A stretch of 63,718 nucleotides of DNA from an uncultured virus (IMG/VR IMGVR_UViG_3300029914_000006) (IMGVR_UViG_3300029914_000006); one strand, 5' to 3'. Positions 47,071 to 55,658 are shown, counted from the stretch's first letter. Notes: generated by a model not told the origin, from the letters alone. Numbers and translations are program-made.

Positions 47071-47412
47071 TTGATGACTCAGGCAAATCGATGGTCCATT
47101 GGGACGCTCTACCCGTCGCCGGGAGGTCGCGGCGGGTTCTGGACTCAGGCTGTTCCGGGAGGCATTGTCGAGCCGCAACAGGCTACAGGAGTCGATTATT
47201 TCTCAACACACCCTTTTAGCGAACTCAGCGGCGTTATGAGCAGTCCGTGCGGCCATAGCTTGAATGCGCCGCTGATTCAGAGAGAGTATGACTACACTAC
47301 CAATGAGTCAGTGGCGCTCGTTTGTTGTGAGCTATGTGGCTATGTGGCGTGGTCAATCAGCCCCTTCGAGGCAGCTCTAAACACGGTTCAGCTTCCGTAT
47401 TTGGTGGTTTGA
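47071..47412 (+). CDS. Hypothetical protein
   Basis: GAGGGG RBS; PCGH, CELC motifs. Confidence 0.6.
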   Translation: MMTQANRWSIGTLYPSPGGRGGFWTQAVPGGIVEPQQATGVDYFSTHPFSELSGVMSSPCGHSLNAPLIQREYDYTTNESVALVCCELCGYVAWSISPFEAALNTVQLPYLVV

Positions 47413-47502
47413 TCCTAGTGTGCCTTCCTGTGCTTGACCTACCTAATTTGTTTTTCCTTAGAACGGCATACACGCGCCACTGAGTCACCCCCATAATGTC
47501 AG

Positions 47503-47838
47503 CTATGTCTGGTCGAGCACTATAATGCGTTCGGACAGCTTTTGCCACTCCTCTTCTGTGAGAAGGTGGATGTTGTCAACGCAGGCGGCATCCGATGCAG
47601 GTACGTATAGACACTCGGCTGTACAGACCGTTTCTCCTACGCCACAAGTGTTGGCGCAGTGCCCTGCTGTGGCTTCCCTGTGCTTATATTTACTGCACAC
47701 CGTAGGAGTAGTCGGTGGTCCAGATGCTGTAGAGAGCGCGCTTTGTTGTGTCCATTGCGCCGGCATATCAGGCTTGACCGTCTGCCCCGTTGCGATACTG
47801 GCCATTGCCAGTGCAAAAACTGCGACTGCTAACTTCAT
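47503..47838 (-). CDS. Secreted Cys-rich protein
   Basis: Signal-peptide-like MKLAVAVFALAMASIATG; six Cys. Confidence 0.55.
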   Translation of the reverse strand: MKLAVAVFALAMASIATGQTVKPDMPAQWTQQSALSTASGPPTTPTVCSKYKHREATAGHCANTCGVGETVCTAECLYVPASDAACVDNIHLLTEEEWQKLSERIIVLDQT

Positions 47839-47855
47839 GGATTCCTCTCTCCCTT

Positions 47856-48113
47856 TTACACTTCCTCAAATTGGTTGGGCGCATACTCGCGCATGACGTA
47901 CCAAGTGCCGTTATAGCACGACTCCACGTGGCACGGGCAGCCGGTGACGCGCTCGGTTAATTCCGAAACCGCGTTCGCCAAGACCTCGGACCGGATCCCC
48001 TTGTTCCTCTCCCTGAAAGGTTCTCGCCTCACTTCTTCCTCCATAGATCCCAAGTTACGCGGGTGAGGCTCACGAGTCCGATCAGGATCGGCAGCCAGAT
48101 CAAGTCCGACCAT
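47856..48113 (-). CDS. Hypothetical protein
   Basis: ORF within leftward gene run. Confidence 0.4.
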   Translation of the reverse strand: MVGLDLAADPDRTREPHPRNLGSMEEEVRREPFRERNKGIRSEVLANAVSELTERVTGCPCHVESCYNGTWYVMREYAPNQFEEV

Positions 48114-48119
48114 GAAAGG

Positions 48120-48365
48120 CTAGTCATGGGGGCCGCCATTCAGAGTACTCCCGAGCCTCTTCTCCAGATCCAAGGCGACTATGACCGTCTGCCCGGTATT
48201 GAGTCTGGCGCACTCGATTTCAATCTCGCCAATCTTCAGTGTTCCCTCGTGCGTGGCGTAGGGTAGCCCTCCGGCCTTGTACGCATCTTCGCGTGTGCTG
48301 ATTTCGTCGGGAGAAAGTTCTTTCCAGTCAACTGATTCAAGCGCAGTTTCAATTGGTGTTGGCAT
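48120..48365 (-). CDS. Small protein resembling the N-terminal part of P63C-domain proteins
   Basis: ATHEGTLKIGEIEIECARLNTGQTVI; GGAGGG RBS. Confidence 0.55.
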   Translation of the reverse strand: MPTPIETALESVDWKELSPDEISTREDAYKAGGLPYATHEGTLKIGEIEIECARLNTGQTVIVALDLEKRLGSTLNGGPHD

Positions 48366-48900
48366 TGCCGCCCTCCAGTTTCTTAGTCTCAAATGAGACT
48401 GGTTTTCCACCCAACTCCTTGACCTGCTGAGTAAGCGCCTTGATCTCTCGCGTCTGGTGCGTGGCGAAGTAGAGCGCCTTGCGCGCGCATCCGGGGCAGG
48501 AGGCGATGAAGTAGGTGTGCCCACAGGCCGGACCCTGCGCAACAAGATTCTTGACCGTCTGGCCCACAAACCTCTGGTCGTTGCGGTCCATGCCGGGAGT
48601 GGCCCGGCCGAGGTACACGAGATCCATGGCAGAGTAGACGGCCGGCGGCATTGGGTGGTGTTTCATCCACGTCTTATGGCGAAGATGCTTCTTCCATGGC
48701 CAGTGCCAGGCGATATCTATGCCGGTTTGATACGTGTTCGGCCATGCCTTAAAGTCCATCGGGCAGAAGTACCAGAAAAGGCATACAACCACCCATGGGC
48801 AAGCACAGCGCACCTTCAGATGCGGGATATCGACGGACTTCTCAAACCGGAACTGTGACCGGAACCCGTACCACCACCACTTCAAACTGCTAGTTCTCAT
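48349..48900 (-). CDS. Hypothetical Trp-rich protein
   Basis: GAAGGGAAG RBS; 183-aa ORF. Confidence 0.5.
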   Translation of the reverse strand: MRTSSLKWWWYGFRSQFRFEKSVDIPHLKVRCACPWVVVCLFWYFCPMDFKAWPNTYQTGIDIAWHWPWKKHLRHKTWMKHHPMPPAVYSAMDLVYLGRATPGMDRNDQRFVGQTVKNLVAQGPACGHTYFIASCPGCARKALYFATHQTREIKALTQQVKELGGKPVSFETKKLEGGNANTN

Positions 48901-48928
48901 GCTTCCCTTCCTGATCTACAATTGAGTC

Positions 48929-49537
48929 GTGCTCAACCTGAACGCATTCCGCGTCCTCTCGGACAAAGACCGGCTATCGCCTGGAGCCCTACGCCTGTTT
49001 ATGGGGCTGATGCTGCATTTTGATCTGACCCACTTTCGCTCCCTGCCGCGGCATCGGATTGATAGGGTCGCGGGTAATCCGAGGATGAATCTGGAGTGGC
49101 TTGACCAGATTCTGGAAGCTGGACTGCTGGTGGAGGGTCCGGTCGTGAAAGAAAGGCTGACAGACGTAGACTATGGGCCGGTGATGAAGATGCTTCCGAC
49201 ATACAAGCTGAATCCAGATCACATTCTAAACAGAGAGCAACATCGGCAGTGGTATCAAGAGGTTGAGGATGAGCGCCAGCGGCAGGGAATAATGCCGATG
49301 ATGAACATGCAGAAGTTGGCGGAACTGACTCAGGCGGACATTCGGAAGCGGAAGGCGCGGAGGAGGAAAGCGGTTCTTTATGAGAAAAAAAGGTATCTAG
49401 AAGAACGTGCGCGTGCGCTCGGCCGCACACCGGAAGAACATCTTCGTCTTCTCGCGCAATCTCGTCGTTCCATCCGCGAAGACTGTATTCGGCGACTCCA
49501 GAAGCCGCCAGAACCCAGACCAGATACCAGCCATTGA
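48929..49537 (+). CDS. Putative winged-helix protein, antisense-overlapping
   Basis: LSPGALRLFMGLMLHFD..LDQILEAGLLVEGP; TACAAT 6 nt before GTG. Confidence 0.5.
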   Translation: MLNLNAFRVLSDKDRLSPGALRLFMGLMLHFDLTHFRSLPRHRIDRVAGNPRMNLEWLDQILEAGLLVEGPVVKERLTDVDYGPVMKMLPTYKLNPDHILNREQHRQWYQEVEDERQRQGIMPMMNMQKLAELTQADIRKRKARRRKAVLYEKKRYLEERARALGRTPEEHLRLLAQSRRSIREDCIRRLQKPPEPRPDTSH

Positions 49538-49592
49538 CGGCCTTTTTCTCGATCTCACAAACAGCACAGTTGTAGGTGATTTTCCCGGCCAT
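48999..49592 (-). CDS. Zinc-binding hypothetical protein with low-complexity tail
   Basis: GGAGAGAGG RBS; ITYNCAVCEIEKKAVNGWY..RGWN..VCGRAHAHVLLDTF. Confidence 0.55.
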   Translation of the reverse strand: MAGKITYNCAVCEIEKKAVNGWYLVWVLAASGVAEYSLRGWNDEIAREDEDVLPVCGRAHAHVLLDTFFSHKEPLSSSAPSASECPPESVPPTSACSSSALFPAAGAHPQPLDTTADVALCLECDLDSACMSEASSSPAHSLRLSAFLSRPDPPPAVQLPESGQATPDSSSDYPRPYQSDAAAGSESGSDQNAASAP

Positions 49593-49739
49593 GGTTAGCC
49601 TCTCTCCGAGCAGCGGGCCTTAGCCCTGCGCTGCGCTCTGCGGACACGGGCCTGTGATCGGCGTCGGTCACTGCGCGTATAGTCGTTGCGGAACTTCGGG
49701 AAATGGGTCTTGAGCATCTTGCCTTACCTTTCAGTGCAG

Positions 49740-49768
49740 ATTATACCTCAACGCTTGCAGAAATCTAA
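49740..49768 (-). promoter_or_regulatory. Leftward promoter with TGCAAGCGTT box
   Basis: Minus strand TTAGAT-17-TATAAT; box at 49750-49759; precedes a 40-aa ORF 49717-49595. Confidence 0.5.
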
Positions 49769-49780
49769 TCCCAATTGAGA

Positions 49781-50032
49781 CTAGGTATTCCCGCCGAGTT
49801 TGCCAGCGGCCCACAACTGCCGGAGCTTGTAGAATTTCTCTTCCATCTGTTCGTCACTGGCTCCGAGCTTAACGGCCCAGGCGCGCGACACATAGGCGTC
49901 ACCGATCGCGCCGCGGCCTTGCAGGGCCAATCGGTAATCGATCATGCTGACCCTGATAGCCGTGTGGAGCTGGAGCGGGTTGGATTCCATCTCTGCTACC
50001 ACCCTCTTGGCAATTTCTCGAACGTGTTCCAT
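49781..50032 (-). CDS. Hypothetical protein
   Basis: TAAGGCGG RBS; coupled TGATG. Confidence 0.55.
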   Translation of the reverse strand: MEHVREIAKRVVAEMESNPLQLHTAIRVSMIDYRLALQGRGAIGDAYVSRAWAVKLGASDEQMEEKFYKLRQLWAAGKLGGNT

Positions 50033-50232
50033 CAGCGCACCGCCTTATCGAAGCATCCGGCTTCGTAGAGGCAACAGAGAACGCCCACGACAATCACAAC
50101 GATCAAAAGGCAATTGCCTGCGATGAACACCCAGCGATTGGGGCGCGGTTCCTCCTGGTGGATGGTGACCGGCTCCTGATTCTCTTCGGCGTCTCCCGGT
50201 CGGCGGCGCCATGATGCATTCGGTGTGGTCAT
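50032..50232 (-). CDS. Small single-TM protein
   Basis: WVFIAGNCLLIVVIVVGVLCCLY. Confidence 0.5.
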   Translation of the reverse strand: MTTPNASWRRRPGDAEENQEPVTIHQEEPRPNRWVFIAGNCLLIVVIVVGVLCCLYEAGCFDKAVR

Positions 50233-50358
50233 AGTACCCTCGTACCAAAAAACAGGTTGTAGGTGTAGACGACAACGACGGCGGCGAGAAAGATCAGTTC
50301 AGGGGCGGATAGAGCCAAAAGCAACTTCACGGTGTTCCCTTTCTGGTGGTTCGGTGTT

Positions 50359-50388
50359 GGTACCGTAGCGGTGAATCGCGACGTTACC
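50359..50388 (-). repeat. Cassette R site, copy C
   Basis: Minus strand GGTAACGT-CGCGATTCACCGCT-ACGGTACC, contains the TAA stop. Confidence 0.8.
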
Positions 50389-50788
50389 TACCTAAAAGCT
50401 CATCAGGAACATTGAAGAAACCGAGAGCACCCTTGAATGGGATAGGATTCTCGAATATCACTGGATCGCGCAAGACAAAGCCCCACTCGCCGACAAAGAA
50501 CGAGCTCGGATGGCTGCGCACACAGTCCACAATTGTGACCTTGCCAACGATGCATCCAGACTTCTCTTGCATCTCTTCTTTCGGCCAATCGCTAGGGAAA
50601 TCAAGCCCATCGTCTTCGGCCCTGTCCAGGACATCGTTCCAGTCGCCAAGAACATCTACATCCTTCCAGAACTTGCTTGCATGGAGGAGTACAGGTCCAC
50701 GGAAGTTGGTGTACCAATCTCGGTTTTCAATAGGTTTCCCGTGGAGTATTGCCCACCACCACGGCGCTCTTACGCTCAAAGCTTTCAT
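50384..50788 (-). CDS. ASCH domain protein, paralog of 32333-32740 (cassette C cargo)
   Basis: MKALSVRAPWWWAILHGKPIENRDW..PFKGALGFFNVPDELLGR. Confidence 0.88.
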   Translation of the reverse strand: MKALSVRAPWWWAILHGKPIENRDWYTNFRGPVLLHASKFWKDVDVLGDWNDVLDRAEDDGLDFPSDWPKEEMQEKSGCIVGKVTIVDCVRSHPSSFFVGEWGFVLRDPVIFENPIPFKGALGFFNVPDELLGR

Positions 50789-50807
50789 CAAGATCCTTCT
50801 TTCTCTT

Positions 50808-50838
50808 GGCACCGTAGTGCCTATTCAACGACGGTGCC
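50808..50838 (-). repeat. Cassette L site, copy C
   Basis: Minus strand GGCACCGT-CGTTGAATAGGCACT-ACGGTGCC with perfect 8-bp inverted arms. Confidence 0.85.
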
Positions 50839-50854
50839 GCCGGTTGAAATCATT

Positions 50855-51082
50855 TTAGTACCTCAAGAACTGCGCAGACATAAAATCTTCATCCTGCCGC
50901 GCTGCCCTAAACTCTCGCGCCGACTGTGCGCCGCACGTCTCTCCCGAACAATCCATAGATCGACTAGCGGGCCAGTACCAGGCCGTTTCGCCGACTGCAA
51001 TAGGCCGGAGGCACACGCCGCATTTGCAAGCATACTTGACCGTTACGTAATGCGGGTCAACGCTATAGCTTCGTTTGCGCAT
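50855..51082 (-). CDS. Small zinc-ribbon protein
   Basis: AAGGAG RBS; VKYACKCGVCLRPIAVGE. Confidence 0.6.
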   Translation of the reverse strand: MRKRSYSVDPHYVTVKYACKCGVCLRPIAVGETAWYWPASRSMDCSGETCGAQSAREFRAARQDEDFMSAQFLRY

Positions 51083-51139
51083 GAAATCTCCTTTCGAGGC
51101 GGCGCCGGAGCGCGTAACGGATGAGGTAAAACATCCGGG

Positions 51140-51388
51140 CTAGCAAATCCCGTGCCGTCTCTTTGCGTCTTCCTTCGACGTGCCGAAAATGGTGATGGTC
51201 TTCGCCGGCAGAACCTGGCCGACCAGCACCGGCTTACGGAGACCAATTGCGACCTCGTATGTGGTTGGGATATCGGCCACGCGGATCTGATAGGCGTTTA
51301 ACCCGGCCTGCGTTGGCTGTGGGGCTTCCCCAGCCCGTTTGGCTGCCCAGCGTTCCCGGTTGCGTTCGATGGCGGCTTGTAGGCTCAT
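51140..51388 (-). CDS. Hypothetical protein
   Basis: AAGGAG RBS. Confidence 0.55.
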   Translation of the reverse strand: MSLQAAIERNRERWAAKRAGEAPQPTQAGLNAYQIRVADIPTTYEVAIGLRKPVLVGQVLPAKTITIFGTSKEDAKRRHGIC

Positions 51389-51682
51389 TGGTTTCTCTCC
51401 TTGGGTAATTTGTAAATTCCTCGGTCGCGCCATGCTTATCAAGCTGAGGGCTTACCCTTGCGGCCTTGTGGCAGGTTTCCGGCCTGCCCTGAGCGGCTTT
51501 CCCGCTCCCGTTCCATAACTCCTCCCGTGGGATGTGTCCCGGTTTGGTTCTCGTTCTCGTGTACTCGTGCCCGGTCCAGGGGTGCTACTTCTGCCTTTCG
51601 GCTACCGCCTATTTTGGTTGGGTTTATCCGCCCTCGCGGTGGCTGGGCGGGGCTCGTGCGTGTTGCGTCATGGTTGCCTCTT

Positions 51683-51919
51683 CTATAAGCCGTAGCCGGA
51701 GCCGTCGCCGGAGCCGTCGCCGCCGTCGCCGTCGCCGTAGCCGGAGCCGTCGCCGGAGCCGTCGCCGCCGTCGCCGTAGCCGGAGCCGTCGCCGGAGCCG
51801 TAGCCGGGGCCGTAGCCGTAGCCGTAGCCGTAGCCGTAGCCGGAGCCGTCGCCGGAGCCGTCGCCGCCGTCGCCGTCGCCGTAGCCGGAGCCGTCAAGGG
51901 TTAAAGTTTTGAATTCCAT
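51683..51919 (-). CDS. Gly/Asp/Tyr/Ser low-complexity repeat protein
   Basis: GDG/GSG/GYG repeats (DNA repeats at 51688-51895); GAGGGGG RBS. Confidence 0.65.
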   Translation of the reverse strand: MEFKTLTLDGSGYGDGDGGDGSGDGSGYGYGYGYGYGPGYGSGDGSGYGDGGDGSGDGSGYGDGDGGDGSGDGSGYGL

Positions 51920-52245
51920 GCTTCCCCCTCAACCTCCACCAGCGCGATGAGGGCCTTGCGGCTGATCTTGATGTTCCCTGTTGCGTCTGTCTTGGTGCTG
52001 GCAAGCGGACCTTTTACGAGTTCGCCTAGGCCCTTGGTTGTTCCCCATACGCGCAGGTTTAGGGCATCGCGCACATAGACCCATTCCGAGTCGGTCTTGA
52101 CGCGGCCAACGTAGACGAAACCACGATCAGCAATCACTATCTGAATGCCGTGATCGACTACGGGCGATGCTGGGGCGGTCGCCACGCTGCCAAACATGGC
52201 CGCGAGTTGCTTGGCTTCGCCAATGGTCAATTCTTCGATGTTCAC
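51901..52245 (-). CDS. DUF6948-like phage protein
   Basis: IVIADRGFVYVG..RVWGTTKGLGELVKGP; family usually followed by a Gly-rich protein. Confidence 0.7.
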   Translation of the reverse strand: MNIEELTIGEAKQLAAMFGSVATAPASPVVDHGIQIVIADRGFVYVGRVKTDSEWVYVRDALNLRVWGTTKGLGELVKGPLASTKTDATGNIKISRKALIALVEVEGEAWNSKL

Positions 52246-52303
52246 GGTTTTTCCCTTCGGCTAGATTTCCGCTCTAGCCTGCGGCTGGTGGTGTGAATTC
52301 TGA

Positions 52304-52582
52304 TCAGTTGGCCCGGTCAGAGGCGGCGAATTCCCGGTTGAGCCTGGCGGCCTCTTTCTGCCACGCGCTGATTGACTTTTCGCCTATCGAGACCGAACCG
52401 CCTTCAGGTGTCGGCAGTTCCCCAACGTAGCCGCGCATATTAAACCAGAGCTGTCCCCGGTCGCCCGGTATCCGCACATCGTAGAAAATCACGTCATAGC
52501 GCGGTGTGGTCTCGCAGCACGCGCAACCGCGGCGCGTCTCAACCAGTTCCAGGGCCTTGCCTTTTCGCTTGGTGATGGTCAT
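52304..52582 (-). CDS. Hypothetical protein
   Basis: AAGGG RBS; GQLWFNMRGYVGELPTP. Confidence 0.6.
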   Translation of the reverse strand: MTITKRKGKALELVETRRGCACCETTPRYDVIFYDVRIPGDRGQLWFNMRGYVGELPTPEGGSVSIGEKSISAWQKEAARLNREFAASDRAN

Positions 52583-52634
52583 CCCTTGCCGTTCCTTTCT
52601 GGTGGTTCGGCCGGATTCCGCCGGCCTCGGGAAG

Positions 52635-54671
52635 CTATTTGTTGATGACGACGAGGCGCGTGCTTACGCCAGTCCCGCTGGCCTTGAAAGATCCATCGGG
52701 AAGTTTTTCCCGTGTGGCGTTTACCTCTTCAAGCCATGCGCGAAAGTCGGCGCTCTTGCGGTCTGAGCGGAATTCGAAGCTAGGGCTCAAGACAGAAACG
52801 AGAATGCCGCGCGGGGCTAGTAGGCTGTATGCGTGGCGGATGTGGTCTAGGTCTTGCTGCCGCTCAAACGGCGGGTTCATGACGATGCGGTCATACTGGC
52901 CCAACTCGGAGCGTGAAAGCTGCATGAAGTCTTGTCCTACCAACTTGTATCCCTTCAGCTCCAGGAGTTCACGCAACTTAAAAACAGGCTCGATTACTTC
53001 CAAGATGACGCCTGGGACCGCCGCTCTCACGCCGTCGGCAATGTGCCCGCTGCCGGCTTCGGGCTCCAGTACCGTCAAGCCGTCCTCTAGCCGCGCCCGG
53101 TCAAGCATGACAGCGACAACGGCGGCAGGCGTGGGGAAGTATCCGGGAAAATCGGATAGTTTGATTTCTGCTTCCAGTGTGGCAATCTTCCGCAGGCGTT
53201 CGCGCTCTGCCCTCTGTTCTGGGTCGCCTTCAATCATTCCTTGCAGCACCCGCGCCGCTGGCGTCTTCTCGGCGTAGTCGTCGGACTCGATGCAAGAATA
53301 AAATCCTCCCTTGCTGCCGTCGATGGATTTACGAACCATTGCGCCGATCTGGTCCCGCGTCTTCAATCCTGCCAGTTCTGCGGGAATCTTCCCGGATTCG
53401 TGGGCATCGGCCAGCACTCGCAGGGCTTTCTGTGTCCGCTCCATGTTCCGGCAATCGTGCAGACGGCTCTGATATTCCTTATTGCGCTTGGGTGTGGGAT
53501 TCTGGGTCATCTCCCGGCCTGCGTGGTCAATCTTCGGCTGTAGAGCGTCGGCCAGGGTGCGAAACTTGGCAGCAATGGAAGCCGCCGGAGAAAAGACAGG
53601 CGCGGCGGGTTTCTCTCCCGCCTCCTGCCCGCCTTCCGTGCTGGCCCCGCCGAGGGACTGTGTAAACTGCCGCGCCGATTCGCTGCGCTTGGCGTACCAG
53701 CACGACGAGAACCGCGACCAGCGCCAGCCGTTCGCCTTCAGGGAGTCCAGAACCTCGGCAGAAGGCTTCGAGGAGAAACGAATTTCTATGCCGTTCTTCT
53801 CGTCGTTCTCGGTGACGGTCACGCCTTCGACCTGTACCGTCTTGCGCGTGTCTGGTGGCGTCTGGTCCTGTCCGTAACCCTTAAACGTGTCCAGCGTCTT
53901 TGCGTCATGGTAGGGGTGCTCGAAAGTGATTTCCCAGTGTGCGCGCTGTGCGTTCGCGCGGATCCCCTGAAGGTCGGCCGGAAGTTCGAAGCCTTCCGTG
54001 GCCTCCAGGTAGTTTCCATGGCCCATGCTGTATTTTTCAGTGTGCCATCCAAATTCCACATCTGCCAGCAATTCAGCGCCACGGCGCGCCAGGCGTTCGG
54101 TTTCTGCCTGCTTCGGGACAACCAGCAACGCGAACGATTGAGACAGACTCGCGTGCCGGTCGAAATAATCGCTCATCGTGTCGGAATTGTCGAAGCAAAC
54201 TCGCGCAACAACGGCCATCTGTCCAGGCTGTACGGTGATTTTCTCGCCGCTGCCGTAGTGGGCCACAAAAGCGGCCGAAGCCTGCGCAGCCTTGAGCTTT
54301 CCTTCTTCTTGCCTGCGCTGTTGTTCGGCCCTGCGTACTGCTTCGGCGTCTGGGGTGGTGCGCTCGTCATGTACGGGGCGATTCTGTTGCAAAATGATCG
54401 TCTCAGCCTTTACGGCTTCGATAATCTCGTTTACATTCTTCGCGGTGACCGTCCACCCGAAACGCGCGCCGATGGCCTCTTGTGCCGCTGTAACGTCCGC
54501 GCGCTTTGCGTTACTGCCGCACAGAACTGACAGCACGGAGGAACGCTCAGACTGACCGGCAACGCCGGTTAGTTCAACAAAGGTATTGTGCTCCCAGTTA
54601 AGCGCGTTCCACGCTTCGTTAAACCGCTTGCACTGGATCTTTCCCGCGCTGGTGTTTTCCCATTTTTGCAT
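52635..54671 (-). CDS. Multidomain protein with C-terminal N6-adenine (amino) DNA methyltransferase
   Basis: YFPTP, VLEPEAGSGHI (motif I), YDRIVMNPPF (motif IV), GSFKASGTGV; central GIEIRFSSKP..LKANGWRWSRFSSCWYAK domain. Confidence 0.85.
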   Translation of the reverse strand: MQKWENTSAGKIQCKRFNEAWNALNWEHNTFVELTGVAGQSERSSVLSVLCGSNAKRADVTAAQEAIGARFGWTVTAKNVNEIIEAVKAETIILQQNRPVHDERTTPDAEAVRRAEQQRRQEEGKLKAAQASAAFVAHYGSGEKITVQPGQMAVVARVCFDNSDTMSDYFDRHASLSQSFALLVVPKQAETERLARRGAELLADVEFGWHTEKYSMGHGNYLEATEGFELPADLQGIRANAQRAHWEITFEHPYHDAKTLDTFKGYGQDQTPPDTRKTVQVEGVTVTENDEKNGIEIRFSSKPSAEVLDSLKANGWRWSRFSSCWYAKRSESARQFTQSLGGASTEGGQEAGEKPAAPVFSPAASIAAKFRTLADALQPKIDHAGREMTQNPTPKRNKEYQSRLHDCRNMERTQKALRVLADAHESGKIPAELAGLKTRDQIGAMVRKSIDGSKGGFYSCIESDDYAEKTPAARVLQGMIEGDPEQRAERERLRKIATLEAEIKLSDFPGYFPTPAAVVAVMLDRARLEDGLTVLEPEAGSGHIADGVRAAVPGVILEVIEPVFKLRELLELKGYKLVGQDFMQLSRSELGQYDRIVMNPPFERQQDLDHIRHAYSLLAPRGILVSVLSPSFEFRSDRKSADFRAWLEEVNATREKLPDGSFKASGTGVSTRLVVINK

Positions 54672-54705
54672 GGTGGTTCGTCCCTTTCCTTGCCTTGCAT
54701 CTCCA

Positions 54706-54734
54706 TATATACAAAATTGGAGGCGAATTGTCAA
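54706..54734 (-). promoter_or_regulatory. Sigma70-like promoter for the methyltransferase
   Basis: Minus strand TTGACA-17-TATATA. Confidence 0.6.
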
Positions 54735-54780
54735 CCGTTAAATTGAAAATCAGAGAACAAAATCCCAGTCTCATATGAGA

Positions 54781-54978
54781 CTAGAACAGGACCAGCATAG
54801 AGAGGGCAACGGCAAAGGCGAACCAGATGAGGCGGGAACGGTCGGCGCGTGCGTCTGGTGTGTCACTGGTGGCGCTCGCCTTGCCTGTGACGATGGCGAA
54901 CGGGTAAGGGTGAGCGCGTTCGAACTCTACTTGCTCGATATCTGGGCGATGCTGCCAAGCTGCCTCTTGATGTGTCAC
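54781..54978 (-). CDS. Small protein with C-terminal TM
   Basis: LIWFAFAVALSMLVLF. Confidence 0.45.
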   Translation of the reverse strand: MTHQEAAWQHRPDIEQVEFERAHPYPFAIVTGKASATSDTPDARADRSRLIWFAFAVALSMLVLF

Positions 54979-55113
54979 GCTCGCCCCCTGCTAAACCTCG
55001 TAAAGATTCCGGCGACTACGACGAGAGGAAAAAGCACAACCGCGCAAGTAACGATAGCGGCGCAGAAGTAAAGGCGAGCGGCCAGCCCGGCCAGGTGCAA
55101 AAGAGTTTTCATT

Positions 55114-55389
55114 TTAGAACGCTCCCGCTGTGGTTGGGAATCCGTAACCACTATAGCCTAGTTCCTGCTTGGCGTCTCGTGGAGTTTTGCCGGCCTCGCG
55201 CTGCTCCCGGATCCACTCTCGGGCGGCGAAGGCGGCCGCGCGCCGGTCGGACCCGTCCTTGTAGCCCTCGGACACATCGCCTTGTAGTGTGGGCGTGCGG
55301 TAAACTTCTCCCAGGTTGCCGTAAAAGACGCAGGCGAAGGCGCCGCGCTGGCCTCTCTGATACGTGCGAATCTTGTAACCGTGTCTCAT
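55114..55389 (-). CDS. Hypothetical protein
   Basis: AGGAAAG RBS. Confidence 0.5.
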   Translation of the reverse strand: MRHGYKIRTYQRGQRGAFACVFYGNLGEVYRTPTLQGDVSEGYKDGSDRRAAAFAAREWIREQREAGKTPRDAKQELGYSGYGFPTTAGAF

Positions 55390-55475
55390 GCTTTCCTGTC
55401 CTTTCCGGCCCGAATGGCGCCGCCAAAACCCCCGTCACAGACTAGAGGCTTTGGCGGAGTCACCCCCGCCCGCTG

Positions 55476-55658
55476 TTATTCGTCGATGCTCCAGTGTCCA
55501 ACCTTGTTCCCGTTGGCGTCGTAGATTCTCCCCGCGTTGTCTTCTACCTCCTCGTGCGTGCGCGCAAAGGCGGAGAAGATGCGCCGTACAGAAGAGGCGA
55601 TATCTGCATAGGAAAGCATTGCCTCGTTCCCCATTTCGATCTCTAGCGTGAACTTCAT
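55476..55658 (-). CDS. Small phage protein
   Basis: MKFTLEIEMGNEA..GRIYDANGNKVGHW family. Confidence 0.7.
   Translation of the reverse strand: MKFTLEIEMGNEAMLSYADIASSVRRIFSAFARTHEEVEDNAGRIYDANGNKVGHWSIDE

Noticed and set aside
50338..50354. 17-bp repeat CCTTTCTGGTGGTTCGG also at 52594-52610
   Set aside because: Only two copies and it includes the RBS; too weak to call a regulatory element
51439..51912. Ala/Thr-repeat ORF (51439-51897 -) and Arg/Ser-repeat ORF (51532-51912 +)
   Set aside because: Alternative frames of the Gly-rich repeat gene, which has the RBS and expected gene context
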